A stretch of 43,611 nt of DNA from Gemmatimonadaceae bacterium (lineage in GTDB: Bacteria > Gemmatimonadota > Gemmatimonadetes > Gemmatimonadales > Gemmatimonadaceae). The notes under the pieces are model-generated. The model was not told the origin of the DNA and did not search any database. It saw only the letters and a list, made by a program, of their open reading frames with translations. The translations under genes were made by a program, and so were the position numbers. The stretch spans positions 1-43,611 of the forward strand of contig JBBDYA010000021.1 in assembly GCA_040902005.1 (NCBI GenBank). The letters run 5' to 3'. Position 1 is the stretch's first letter. Each line of letters opens with the position of its first letter. Shown in pieces: positions 1 to 9,710 of this stretch.

Positions 1-1
1 G

Positions 2-170
2 TGACACAGCCCGCGCTATGGGGACCTGGACTCGCCTGCTTCCCGTCCATCTCGTTCGCTCGCCCTGGTTCGGGGGCGGGTGAATGGCGGCGCGGTGGGA
101 GCCGGGTGTCCGCGGAGCACGGGCTGTGTCAATAGTGGCAAGCGACCTCCTTGCCACTATTGAGCACAGT
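2..170. repeat. Nested inverted repeats (IS-end or MITE-like)
   Basis: TGACACAGCCCGCGCT (2-17) pairs 15/16 with AGCACGGGCTGTGTCA (116-131). A perfect 14-bp stem TCAATAGTGGCAAG (129-142)/CTTGCCACTATTGA (150-163) extends by CTGTG/CACAG with one bulge. Confidence 0.7.
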
Positions 171-256
171 CGCGCGAAGCGGATGCCCCGCTCCCAACTG
201 AGACGCGAATGAGGAGCGCCGTTGCCTCGGCGGGCCGCGGCGGGCAACTTCTCTCC

Positions 257-2587
257 ATGCGCATACATACCGCGATCCTCGTACTGCTGGCCGCGCCACT
301 CGCCGCGCAGCAGCCATCCCCGCGACGGCTTACCGCCGACGACTACGCCCGCGCCGAGCGATTCCTCGGCGCCCAGGCTGCTCCACTCGTCACCGGCATG
401 GGCGTCCGTCCCAGCTGGCTGCCCGACGGCCGCTTCTGGTACCGCACCACCACCGCGAATGGCAGCGAGTTCATCATCGTGGATCCGGCCAGGCGCACTC
501 GCGCGGGGTTCTTCGACCAGACGCGGCTCGCGGCCGCGCTGAGCGCCGCGACCGGCGGGCGCGTGGAGGGCACCCAGCTTCCCTTCCAGAGCTTCGAGCT
601 GTCGAAGGACAGCCGGTCGATCACGCTCACCGCATCGCGGCGCCGGTGGAACTGCGACCTGCAGACGTACGCGTGCGCGGTCGTGGACACCACGCGCGTC
701 GCCGGCACGCCGAGCGCGCGCCCGCCGGACTCGAGCGTGTCGCCGGACGGCAATCGGGCGGCGTTCATCCGCGACTACAACCTGTGGGTGAAGGACCTGA
801 TCACGGGCGCGGAAACACAGCTCACCACCGACGGCATCAGGGACTTCGGCTACGCCACCGACAACGCGGGATGGGAGCACAGCGATAGCCCCGTGCTCAC
901 CTGGTCTCCGGACTCCAGGAAGATCGCCACCTTCCAGCACGATGGCCGCGGCGTGAGCGACATGACGCTCGTGGCCACGAACGTGGGCGCGCCGCGCGTG
1001 GAGACATGGAAGTACCCATTGCCGGGAGACAGCGTGATCTTCCGGATCAGCCGCGTGGTGATCGACCTGTCGGCGGCGAGTCCGCGCGTGGTCCGCTTCC
1101 AGATGCCGCCCGACCAGCACCGTTCCACCGTGTCCGATCACGTATCGTGCGGCGGGGGGATCTGCGACCTCCAGTGGTATCCCGACGGCTCGCACGTGGC
1201 GTTCGTGTCCGTGTCGCGCGATCACAAGGACGTGTGGTTCCGCGTGGCGGACGCGAACTCGGGCGCGGTACGCACGCTCTTCCACGAGCACGCACCCACG
1301 CAGTTCGGCGACGCGGCCGCCAGCGAGAACTGGCGCGTGCTGCCGGCGTCCAATGAGTTGATCTGGTGGTCGCAGAAGGACAACTGGGTGCACTTGTACC
1401 TGCACGACCTGGCCACGGGACGACTCAAGAACCGCATCACCACCGGCGACGGGAACGTGGGCGAGATCGTGCACGTGGACGAACGTGCGCGCGCGATCTA
1501 CTTCACCGGCATGGGCAGGGACGCCGCACGCGATCCGTACTTCCGGCATCTCTATAGAGTCGGCTTCGACGGTCGCCGCCAGACATTGCTCACCCCGGAA
1601 AACGCGAACCACGCGATCACGGTCGCGCCGAGCGGCCGCCATTTCGTGGACACGTATTCCACGCCCACCACGCCGCCGGTGAGCGTGCTGCGCGACATGA
1701 ACGGCCGCGTGCTGCTGCAACTCGAGCGCGCGGACATCTCGAAGCTGCTGGCCACGGGCTGGAAGCCGCCCACCCCCGTCACGCTCAAGGGGCGCGACGG
1801 CACCACGGACATCTACGGGCTGCTCTTCACGCCCACCACCCTGGACTCCACCCGGAAGTACCCGATCATCAACTACATCTATCCCGGCCCGCAGAGCGGG
1901 AGCGTGGGAAGCCGCAGCTTCTCCCCCGCGCGCAGCGACCATCAGGCGCTGGCGGAGCTGGGGTTCGTGGTGGTGGCGATCGACGGGATGGGCACGCCCG
2001 GGCGCTCGAAGGCCTTTCACGACGCGTACTATGGCCGGATGGGCGACAATACCCTTCCCGACCAGGTGGCGGGGATGCGGCAGCTGGCGCAACGCTATTC
2101 GTGGATCGACATCGACCGCGCCGGCATGTGGGGACACTCCGGCGGCGGATTCGCCACCGCGGCCGCAATGTTCCGGTATCCGGATTTCTTCAAGGTGGGC
2201 GTGGCGCGCTCCGGCAACCACGACAACCGCAACTACGAGGACGATTGGGGGGAGCGCTACCAGGGGTTGCTCGTGAAGCAGAACGGCACCGACAACTACG
2301 CGGACGAAGCGAACCAGACGCACGCCGCGAAGCTCAAGGGCAAGCTGCTGCTGGCGCACGGCGCCATGGACGACAACGTGCCGGCCTCCAACACCACGCT
2401 CGTGGTGGAAGCGCTGATCAAGGCGAACAAGGATTTCGACCTGGTGATATTCCCCAACGCGCGGCACGGCTACGGCGCGGACAACCCGTACATGATGCGA
2501 CGCCAGTGGGACTACTTCGTGAAGCACCTGCTGGGCGCGGAGCCGCCGAGTGAGTACCAGATCGGTCGCCCACGGATCGTTCCGTAG
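257..2587 (+). CDS. Secreted S9B (dipeptidyl peptidase IV-like) serine peptidase
   Basis: Signal peptide from ATG 257 (MRIHTAILVLLAAPLAAQQ); DPPIV beta-propeller repeats (SPDG..AF, WSPDS); GHSGGG nucleophile, DDNV Asp, NARHG His. Confidence 0.93.
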   Translation: MRIHTAILVLLAAPLAAQQPSPRRLTADDYARAERFLGAQAAPLVTGMGVRPSWLPDGRFWYRTTTANGSEFIIVDPARRTRAGFFDQTRLAAALSAATGGRVEGTQLPFQSFELSKDSRSITLTASRRRWNCDLQTYACAVVDTTRVAGTPSARPPDSSVSPDGNRAAFIRDYNLWVKDLITGAETQLTTDGIRDFGYATDNAGWEHSDSPVLTWSPDSRKIATFQHDGRGVSDMTLVATNVGAPRVETWKYPLPGDSVIFRISRVVIDLSAASPRVVRFQMPPDQHRSTVSDHVSCGGGICDLQWYPDGSHVAFVSVSRDHKDVWFRVADANSGAVRTLFHEHAPTQFGDAAASENWRVLPASNELIWWSQKDNWVHLYLHDLATGRLKNRITTGDGNVGEIVHVDERARAIYFTGMGRDAARDPYFRHLYRVGFDGRRQTLLTPENANHAITVAPSGRHFVDTYSTPTTPPVSVLRDMNGRVLLQLERADISKLLATGWKPPTPVTLKGRDGTTDIYGLLFTPTTLDSTRKYPIINYIYPGPQSGSVGSRSFSPARSDHQALAELGFVVVAIDGMGTPGRSKAFHDAYYGRMGDNTLPDQVAGMRQLAQRYSWIDIDRAGMWGHSGGGFATAAAMFRYPDFFKVGVARSGNHDNRNYEDDWGERYQGLLVKQNGTDNYADEANQTHAAKLKGKLLLAHGAMDDNVPASNTTLVVEALIKANKDFDLVIFPNARHGYGADNPYMMRRQWDYFVKHLLGAEPPSEYQIGRPRIVP

Positions 2588-2611
2588 ACCTTCGCTCGGG
2601 AGAGAGTTCAC

Positions 2612-4208
2612 ATGCGCGCTCCTCGGATCCTGCTCGTCGCTCTCCTTCTCGTCGCGAACGCGGCCCCCGCGATGACTCAATCGATCGCCCGCTACGTCCG
2701 CTACTCGCACGGCGGCACGGCGTCGTACGGCCTCCTCGACGCTGGTGGCCGGCAGGTGCGCGAACTGCGCGGCGACCCGTTCGCCAACACTGCGCTGACG
2801 GGGCGCACCTTCGCGCTGAGCGACGTCCGGCTCCTTGCCCCCGTCGCCCCGTCGAAGGTGATTGCCGTGGGACTCAACTATCAGTCGCACCTGGGTGAGC
2901 GACCGCCCGCGCGGTATCCGGGGCTGTTCACGAAGTACCCGACGTCCATCATCGCGAGCGGCGAACCCATTCCGCTCACCAGCGACGCCGCGAACGTCCA
3001 CTACGAGGGCGAGATGGTGATCGTCATCGGGCGCCGGGCGAAGAACGTGGCACGTGAGGACGCGAAGTCCCACATCTTTGGCGTCACGGCAGGGAACGAC
3101 GTCAGCGAGCGCTCCTGGCAGCGCGCCGACCTCCAGTGGTTCCGCGCCAAGTCGAGCGACGGCTTTGGCCCGATCGGTCCCGCGATCGTCACGGGGCTGA
3201 ACTACGACGACCTCTTGCTCCAGACTCGGCTCAACGGCACCGTCGTGCAATCGCAGCGCACCCGGGACCTGATCTTCAGCGTTGCAGACATCGTGAGCTA
3301 TGTGAGCCACTACGTCACCCTGGAGCCCGGCGATGTCATCTTCACCGGCACGCCCGGCACCACGCAGCAGATGAAGGCGGGTGACGTCGTCGAAGTCGAG
3401 TTGGAGGGCGTTGGCGTGCTCACCAACCGGGTGACGCAGAGCAGTACACCGCCGCCGACCATCGTCGCCGCCGGAACGGTGACGCCGCCCTCGTCACCGC
3501 CGATGGCGTCTGGGGGATTCCCGATCCATTCCACCGATCGGCCGCAGCCGCCGGTCGTACGGCCGCCCGCGTTCGCGGGTCCTCGGCCCGCTCCAGCGGA
3601 CGCGATCGTGCTGTTCGACGGCACGTCGCTCGACCAATGGCGCAGCACCGCCGAGGGCCACGGTCCCGCGCGGTGGAAGGTCGCTGACGGGTATATGGAA
3701 ATCGTGCGCGGCGCCGGATCGATCGAGACCGTCCAGGAATTCGGTGACGCGCAGCTGCACATCGAGTGGATGACGCCGTCGCCCCCACGCGGCGAGGGGG
3801 GGGGGGGGGCAGAACCGCGGCAACAGCGGCGTCTTCCTCATGGGTCGCTATGAAGTGCAGATACTCGACTCCCACGAGAACGCGACGTACCCCGATGGGC
3901 AGGCCGGCGCGATCTATGGCCAGTTCCCGCCCCTCGTGAACGCCAGCCGCCGCCCGGGTGAGTGGCAGGAGTACGACATTATTTTCCACGCGCCGCGATT
4001 CGACGCCGCGGGCACGCTGACCTCACCGGCGCGCATGACCGTGTTCCACAACGGCGTCCTGGTACAGGACAACGTGACGCTGCTCGGTCCCACGTCGCAC
4101 CGCCGTCGGGATCCATACGAGGCGCACGCGGGCAGGCTGCCGATCTCCCTTCAGGACCACGGGGATCCCGTCCGGTTCCGCAACATCTGGGTCCGGGAGC
4201 TCAGGTAG
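2612..4208 (+). CDS. Signal-peptide FAH (fumarylacetoacetate hydrolase) family - DUF1080 fusion, frameshifted at G14 (3796-3809)
   Basis: FAH motifs ([30 protein letters not shown]), then a Pro-rich linker and DUF1080 start ([15 protein letters not shown]). The domain continues in the next frame as [21 protein letters not shown]...[18 protein letters not shown]. Confidence 0.85.
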
Positions 4209-4241
4209 GTGGCTTCGCCGCCAGTGATTTACCTTTGATCC

Positions 4242-4670
4242 ATGTCGCGTCCCACATGGATTGCCCCGCTCTACGGCTACCTCGTCTGCGTCATCGCCGT
4301 AGTCACCTTTCTCGTGAACGTGTCCGGCTTCGTGGACGCGATGTTCGATCGGGCCAACCCGTTGGCGGGCCGCGGCGCGTACGGCCCGAACGGCGGGTCC
4401 CTGACGTCGTTCGAGTCGTTCAGCGCCACGTATGAAAGCCAGCGCCCCCCCCCCACCTCCACCCGTGCGAGGCTCGAACCGGCAGCGCCCGCCGATACCC
4501 TGACCACCGCGCAGATGCGCACCCGGTATGAGGCCCTGCGCGCGGACGCCATCCAGCAGACGCGCCACCAGGCCATGCAGAAGCTCGTGAAGAGCGGGCT
4601 GCTCATCCTGCTCTCCGTAGTGCTGTTCGCGTTCCACTGGACCTGGGTGCGGCGCCAGCGCGACACCTGA
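4242..4670 (+). CDS. Hypothetical membrane protein with two TM helices
   Basis: Hydrophobic N-terminal ([16 protein letters not shown]) and C-terminal ([14 protein letters not shown]) segments; same strand and close to the upstream gene. Confidence 0.75.
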   Translation: MSRPTWIAPLYGYLVCVIAVVTFLVNVSGFVDAMFDRANPLAGRGAYGPNGGSLTSFESFSATYESQRPPPTSTRARLEPAAPADTLTTAQMRTRYEALRADAIQQTRHQAMQKLVKSGLLILLSVVLFAFHWTWVRRQRDT

Positions 4671-4679
4671 CCGCGCGCT

Positions 4680-6128
4680 TCAGGGCGCCGCGGGCGCCAG
4701 CGCGTCGAGAAACCGCTGCGACCATGCGTGCACGTCGTTCTGGAACACCCGCTCCCGCAGCGCGCGCATGCGCCGCCGCCGCTCGGCGCCGTCCATCGTC
4801 AGCGCCTGGTGCATCGCCAACGCCACGCCGTCCACGTCGTACGGATTCACGATGATCGCTTCCGCGAGTTCGTCAGCCGCGCCGGCGAACTCGCTGAGCA
4901 GCAGCACGCCCCCCTCGTCGCTGCGCGCCGCAATGAACTCTTTGCTCACGAGATTCATGCCATCGCGCAGCGGCGTCACCATCATCACTTCGGCCGCGCG
5001 ATAGAGCGAGTACAGCTCGTCGTCGTCGATGGAGCGGTGCATGTACTGGATGGGCGTCCACGACGCGGAGGCATAGCGCCCGTTGATCCGCGAAATGAGC
5101 AGCTCCACGTCCTTGCGGAACTTGCGGTACGCGGACACACCCCCGCGCGACGGAACGGCGAGCTGCACCAGACGTACGTGCCCGCGCAGCTCGGGATGGT
5201 CGATCAGCAGCCGCTCGAAGGCGGCGAGCCGGCGCGGGATTCCCTTGCTGTAGTCCAGCCGGTCGATCCCCAGGATCATCTTGGCCGGCTGCGCGCGGTG
5301 CTCCAGCACCCGGTAGTTCACCGCGCGCTCCGACGCCCGCTGGCTGATGTCGCGCGCGTCCACCCCCATGGGGAAGATGCCCAGCTTCACTGCGCGGCCC
5401 TCGTGGCGCACGTGGCCGTCGGCGTCCATCTCCAGCCCGAAGAGGCGACGCAGCGCCGCGGTGAAATGTCCGCGATAGCGTCGCGTGTGGAACCCGATCA
5501 GGTCCGCGCCCAGCATCCCCTCCACCAGCCAGTTGCGCACCGGCAGCGCGAGAAACACCTCGGGGTTTGGGAAGGGCACGTGCAGGAAAAAGCCGATGCA
5601 CGCTTGCGGCAGACGCTGGCGCAGCAGCAGCGGCAGCCGCATCAGCTGGTAGTCGTGTACCCAGACCAGGTCGCCCGGCTGCCAGATGCCCGCCACCACG
5701 TCGGCAAAGCGTTCGTTCACGCGCTCGTACACGTCCCAGCCTTCCAGGCGCAGCGGCAGCCGGTCCAGCCGGTCGTGCACCAGCGGCCAGAGCACGCCGT
5801 TCGAGATCTCCTCGTAGAACACGGTCGCTTCGTCCGGCTGGATCGTCACCGGGATGGCGCGCATCTCGTGCAGCTGCCGGCGCGCCTCGAACACGTCGGC
5901 GTTGTCCAGCCCATCCAGATCGCCGGGCCATCCGATCCAGAATCCCCCGGAGCGCTCGTGCGGTGCCTTCAGGCCGGTGGCCAGCCCGCCCGCGCTGCGC
6001 ACCACCTGCATCGTGGTGCCCTGGCGGCGCAACGTGATCGGCAGGCGGTTGGACACGATCAGCAGCCGGCGCGGCGGCGCGCCGGACTCCGGACTCTGTT
6101 CGACCGACGATGACGAAGTCGTGTCCAT
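4680..6128 (-). CDS. otsA: Trehalose-6-phosphate synthase (GT20)
   Basis: [55 protein letters not shown] motifs. Confidence 0.95.
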   Translation of the reverse strand: MDTTSSSSVEQSPESGAPPRRLLIVSNRLPITLRRQGTTMQVVRSAGGLATGLKAPHERSGGFWIGWPGDLDGLDNADVFEARRQLHEMRAIPVTIQPDEATVFYEEISNGVLWPLVHDRLDRLPLRLEGWDVYERVNERFADVVAGIWQPGDLVWVHDYQLMRLPLLLRQRLPQACIGFFLHVPFPNPEVFLALPVRNWLVEGMLGADLIGFHTRRYRGHFTAALRRLFGLEMDADGHVRHEGRAVKLGIFPMGVDARDISQRASERAVNYRVLEHRAQPAKMILGIDRLDYSKGIPRRLAAFERLLIDHPELRGHVRLVQLAVPSRGGVSAYRKFRKDVELLISRINGRYASASWTPIQYMHRSIDDDELYSLYRAAEVMMVTPLRDGMNLVSKEFIAARSDEGGVLLLSEFAGAADELAEAIIVNPYDVDGVALAMHQALTMDGAERRRRMRALRERVFQNDVHAWSQRFLDALAPAAP

Positions 6129-6199
6129 GAAGCCAAGCTAGGGCGCGAACGGACGCAGGACCACCCAACAGGACCGAAAGTCGGGAGCCCCCCCCGGCC

Positions 6200-6369
6200 A
6201 TGCGGACCACGGAGGGCACGGAGGAAGCGGAGGAGTTCGGTCGCGAACCTGGCTACGAGAAGGTCACAATGCGCTTGAGGCCATCTTTGAGATGGACTCG
6301 TGGAAGTTGATCAAGAGGCCGGCAGGCCTCCGTGGCCTCCGTGCCCTCCGTGGCCTTCGTGGTTCGCAT
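6200..6369. repeat. About 170-bp element with imperfect terminal inverted repeats built from a 9-bp unit
   Basis: ATGCGGACCACGGAGGGCACGGAGG (6200-6224) matches the reverse complement of 6345-6369 at 22/25. Four tandem CCTCCGTGG-like units at 6327-6362. Confidence 0.75.
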
Positions 6370-6401
6370 CGACCGTCCGCGATGAAATGCTTACCGCGCT
6401 C

Positions 6402-6435
6402 CAGATTCCTCGTCGCTGCGCGACTCGGAATGACA
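6402..6435. repeat. REP-like palindrome
   Basis: CAGATTCCTCGTCGCTGCGCGACTCGGAATGACA: hairpin with ATTCC/GGAAT and GTCGC/GCGAC pairing. Resembles the TGTCATTCCGAG...GAGGAATCT palindromes I recall near small GIY-YIG genes. Confidence 0.55.
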
Positions 6436-6437
6436 TT

Positions 6438-6492
6438 TCTTCAGAGCTTCCCTAGTGCACCCTTATGGGAAGCGCCCCAAGGAGCGCGCCTC
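6438..6492 (+). repeat. 55-bp direct repeat, copy 1 (duplicate of the multicopper oxidase 3' end)
   Basis: TCTTCAGAGCTTCCCTAGTGCACCCTTATGGGAAGCGCCCCAAGGAGCGCGCCTC; 54/55 identical to 9711-9765. Confidence 0.95.
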
Positions 6493-6493
6493 G

Positions 6494-6622
6494 AGGCTCG
6501 TTCGCCTGTATCACGACCGCGACGGCCGCGAGCTCGTGCGCGGATTCGACTACGAGAATCGTTTCATCAGCGTTTACGATTCCCTCCTCACCGGAGAGCC
6601 GGCGACGTTCAGCGTTCAGGCC
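6494..6622 (+). pseudogene. Fragment of a Crp/Fnr-family cyclic-nucleotide-binding domain
   Basis: RLVRLYHDRDGRELVRGFDYENRFISVYDSLLTGEPATFSVQA resembles the cNMP-domain segment GLVRxYY..dG.E....F..EN.F..sy.S.LtgePs.f.iqA. No start or HTH; cut by the direct repeat on the left and the permease on the right. Confidence 0.7.
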
Positions 6623-9249
6623 CCCGAGCGAAGTGCTTCCATCGGATCCACTTTCGCGGCGCGAATCGCCGGCACCAGCGTCGCGGCCATGGCGACGCCG
6701 ACGAGAAGCGCGGCCACCGATGCAAACGAGCCCGGGTCGGACGTCTGCAGCCCGAACACGAGGGCCGACATCGAGCGCGAGAGCAGGACTCCCGCGATAA
6801 CGCCGATGACCGCGCCCGCCACCGCAAGCGTGGCCCCGCGCGCGACGAGTAACCCGAGTATCGCCCCGGGCGACGCGCCGAGAGCCATGCGCAGGCCGAT
6901 CTCCTTCCGCCGCGCCGAGACGTCCGCCGCGAAGACCCCATAGATCCCGACCATCGCGAGAATGATCGCGACCATCGCGAAGAGACCGAGAATCGTCGCC
7001 GTGAATCGATCGCGCGCGATCGACGCCCCGACGGCATCGTGCAACGTCGTCACCTGGGCAAGCGCGACAGCGGGATCGAGCGATTCCAGCTCGCGGCGCA
7101 TGCCGGGGACGAGATCTTCCGGGCGGCCGCGGCCGCGCACGATGATGTCGCGCACCGTGCTCGGAAAACGCGCCGCGGACAGATAGACCGCTCCGCGAGG
7201 GACCGAGCGAACGTCCGCCTGGTGTACGTCGCCCACGATGCCGATCACCGTCGCGTCGATTCCGCCCGAGAGCCCGATGGTCACCCGGTTGCCGATCGAC
7301 AACCGTCCCGCGGTCAGCTTCCGGGCAAGCGTCTCGTCGACGACGGCGTTCACGTCCCCGTCCGGACTCTCCGCCGACGCGAAGATGCGCCCGGCACGCG
7401 ATGGCACGCGTAGCGCGGCGAAGAACGCTGAATCCACATAGCGGACGTCGGCGGTCGCCGAGTCCGATTTCAACGGCTGAAGGGTGACGCTCGTCGCCGG
7501 TGCGCAGCAGGCGAAGGGTCTCGTCGTCGCGAAGCTGACCGCTTCCACCCCCGGTAGCGCGCCGACCTGCCGGCCGAGGCGGTCGAAGAAGGCGCGCTGC
7601 GACGCCGGGCTTTCATAGCTCTCGGCGGGCAGCTGGATCCGGGCGGTAATCACGCCGCTCGGATCGAAGCCGAGGTTCACGTCGCGGAGATTGATGAAGC
7701 TCTGGACCATGAGACCGGCGATCGAGGCCAGGACCACGCCGATCGCCACCTCGCCGATCACGAGACCGCCGGCGCCCGCCCGCCCGGTCGTACGGCCCGC
7801 TGCCTCGCGAATCGCCAACGTTCCGTCACGCTCGCCGACGATGCCGCGCCGCGCCGCGATGACGCCCAGCATAAGGATGGCGAACAGCGCGACGCTGACG
7901 GACGTGGCGAGCACCGTCCCGTCGACGCGCACCGCGCCGCCTCGCGGCATCTCCGGAGGAAGCATCGCCACCAGCGCCGCCGTGCCGATGACCGCGGTGC
8001 CGATACCTATGACTGCCCCGATGACGCCGAGCACCAGGCAGTGCGTCATGACCTGGCGAACGACTCGGCCGGCACTGGCCCCGAGGGCGCGACGGAGCGC
8101 GAGCTCCGGGTGCCGGCGACGGATGTGATCGACCGTCAGGCTGCCGACGTTGGTGATGGCGAGCAGCAACAGCAGTCCAACGGCCCCGAGCATGATCAGC
8201 AGCGGCCGCCGCACCTCGCCGGTCATCTCGCCGGCGAGCGAGACCACGCGCGCCGACCAGCCGGTATTGCGGCCTTCGTCGCTGACGATCCGCTCGGCCA
8301 CGCTCGCCATGTCGCGTTGCGCCGTTGCAATGCTTGCATCGTCTTTCAGGCGGCCGATCACCACGAGAAACCGGCCCCACCCCCGGTTCTGCTCGTTCGG
8401 CACGAAGGGCAGCCACAAGTCCTGGTCGGAGAGCCAACCGATCTTCGGCGGGACGAAATCCCGCGGCATCACGCCAATGACCGTGAATGGGCGGCCGTCG
8501 AGCGAGATGGTGCGGCCGACGATGGAATCCGAGCCGCCGAAGCGGCGCCTCCAGAGTCCATCGCTCAGGAGGACGATGTTGCTCCGTCCTTCCGTTGCGT
8601 CGGCATCGCTGAAGCCGCGGCCGAGCACCGGGCGGGCGCCGAGGACGGCGAAGAAACGGGCGGTCACTTCCGCGCCCTGCACCCGCTCGGGCATTTCGCC
8701 TCCCAGCGTTGCCGGCGCCGGGACGATCGCGGCGAGATCGTCGAATGACCGATTGGCGGCGCGCCAGGACTCGAAGTTGGGAACGGAGACGACGTTCGCG
8801 TCGCGGCCGCGGGCGCGGTGAGTCTCCCAGACGGCGACGAGCCGTTCCGGGTCCGCGTACGGTAATGGCCGCAGCACGACGCCGTAGACGACGCTGAACA
8901 CGGCCGTCGTGAGGCCGATGCCGAGCGCGAACGTGATCGCCGCCGCCGCCGTATAGCCGGGGTTACGCCGCAGCACGCGAAGCGTGAATCGGGTGTCGTC
9001 GGCCATCTCGTCGATCCATCGCGCGGCCGACAGGTCCCGGACCTCCTCCTTGTACCGGTCCACGCCGCCGAAATCCCGCAGGGCCGTTCGCCGCGCTTCG
9101 GCCGGGCTCATGCCGCGCGCGATGCGGTCCTTCGTCTCACAATCCACGTGGTAGCGCATCTCCGCGTCCAGCAAACCCTCGGCGTCATTGCCGGCGGGCG
9201 GCGCGACGAGTTGACGCAGGCGCACCCACACGTTCGAGAGGGCGCTCAT
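6616..9249 (-). CDS. Duplicated MacB/FtsX-type ABC permease (ADOP-like)
   Basis: N-terminal permease prefix (GMSPAEARRTALRDFGG), ALGIGLTTAVFSVV, two MacB/FtsX repeats, EIGLRMALGA, PAIRAAKVDPMEALR C-terminus. Confidence 0.92.
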   Translation of the reverse strand: MSALSNVWVRLRQLVAPPAGNDAEGLLDAEMRYHVDCETKDRIARGMSPAEARRTALRDFGGVDRYKEEVRDLSAARWIDEMADDTRFTLRVLRRNPGYTAAAAITFALGIGLTTAVFSVVYGVVLRPLPYADPERLVAVWETHRARGRDANVVSVPNFESWRAANRSFDDLAAIVPAPATLGGEMPERVQGAEVTARFFAVLGARPVLGRGFSDADATEGRSNIVLLSDGLWRRRFGGSDSIVGRTISLDGRPFTVIGVMPRDFVPPKIGWLSDQDLWLPFVPNEQNRGWGRFLVVIGRLKDDASIATAQRDMASVAERIVSDEGRNTGWSARVVSLAGEMTGEVRRPLLIMLGAVGLLLLLAITNVGSLTVDHIRRRHPELALRRALGASAGRVVRQVMTHCLVLGVIGAVIGIGTAVIGTAALVAMLPPEMPRGGAVRVDGTVLATSVSVALFAILMLGVIAARRGIVGERDGTLAIREAAGRTTGRAGAGGLVIGEVAIGVVLASIAGLMVQSFINLRDVNLGFDPSGVITARIQLPAESYESPASQRAFFDRLGRQVGALPGVEAVSFATTRPFACCAPATSVTLQPLKSDSATADVRYVDSAFFAALRVPSRAGRIFASAESPDGDVNAVVDETLARKLTAGRLSIGNRVTIGLSGGIDATVIGIVGDVHQADVRSVPRGAVYLSAARFPSTVRDIIVRGRGRPEDLVPGMRRELESLDPAVALAQVTTLHDAVGASIARDRFTATILGLFAMVAIILAMVGIYGVFAADVSARRKEIGLRMALGASPGAILGLLVARGATLAVAGAVIGVIAGVLLSRSMSALVFGLQTSDPGSFASVAALLVGVAMAATLVPAIRAAKVDPMEALRSGA

Positions 9250-9578
9250 CCCGCGGCGATGACGTGTTGCATCGCGCCAGCGTAGGCTTTCCAGACCTGA
9301 ATCTCCCGCGCCAGCTGCTTGCGGCCGGCCGCCGTCGAGCGATAGATCCGGAGCCGGCGCCCTTCATTCGACAGCGCTTCCTCGCCGGTGATCCAGCCGC
9401 GGTTCTCGAGACGATACAGGGCGGGATAGAGCGACCCCTGGTTCACCTCGAGCACCTCGCGCGACAGCTCGCGGATGCGCTTGGAGATGGCCCAGCCATG
9501 GAGCGGCCCGACGGCGAGCGCCTTGAGCACGAGGAGGTCGAGCGTGCCGTGCAGGACGTCGAGGGAGTCGCCGGGCAT
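9246..9578 (-). CDS. PadR-family transcriptional regulator (acidobacterial type)
   Basis: GTLDLLVLKAL..GPLHGWAI...GSLYPALYRLE..GWI; 4-bp overlap with the permease start; ATG at 9578. Confidence 0.92.
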   Translation of the reverse strand: MPGDSLDVLHGTLDLLVLKALAVGPLHGWAISKRIRELSREVLEVNQGSLYPALYRLENRGWITGEEALSNEGRRLRIYRSTAAGRKQLAREIQVWKAYAGAMQHVIAAG

Positions 9579-9600
9579 GAGCGGGCCGCAGAGGGGTTGA

Positions 9601-9650
9601 TACTTTGTCCTTTCGACAATCAACCGCGCCGGTTGTCGAATGTCAATGTA
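9601..9650 (-). promoter_or_regulatory. Probable padR promoter with inverted-repeat operator
   Basis: TTCGACAA (9612-9619)/TTGTCGAA (9633-9640) inverted pair within a longer imperfect palindrome. The minus strand has a perfect TTGACA (-35 like) at 9641-9646. Confidence 0.6.
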
Positions 9651-9710
9651 TCCCGGCCGTGCCCCCGTGAGCCGTGACGCTACGGCTCGACGACGATCCT
9701 CACCGAGTAC

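Noticed and set aside
6327..6362. CRISPR array (also considered for 16613 and 23401)
   Set aside because: Short tandem units without spacers, and no cas genes.
6460..6483. CCCTT and opposite-strand TCCTT in the 55-bp repeat as topoisomerase IB sites
   Set aside because: Pentamers occur often by chance, and this specificity is established for poxvirus enzymes, not bacterial TopIB.
6455..6943. 162-aa ORF as an intact gene
   Set aside because: A chimera of direct-repeat sequence, the Crp fragment and permease antisense.
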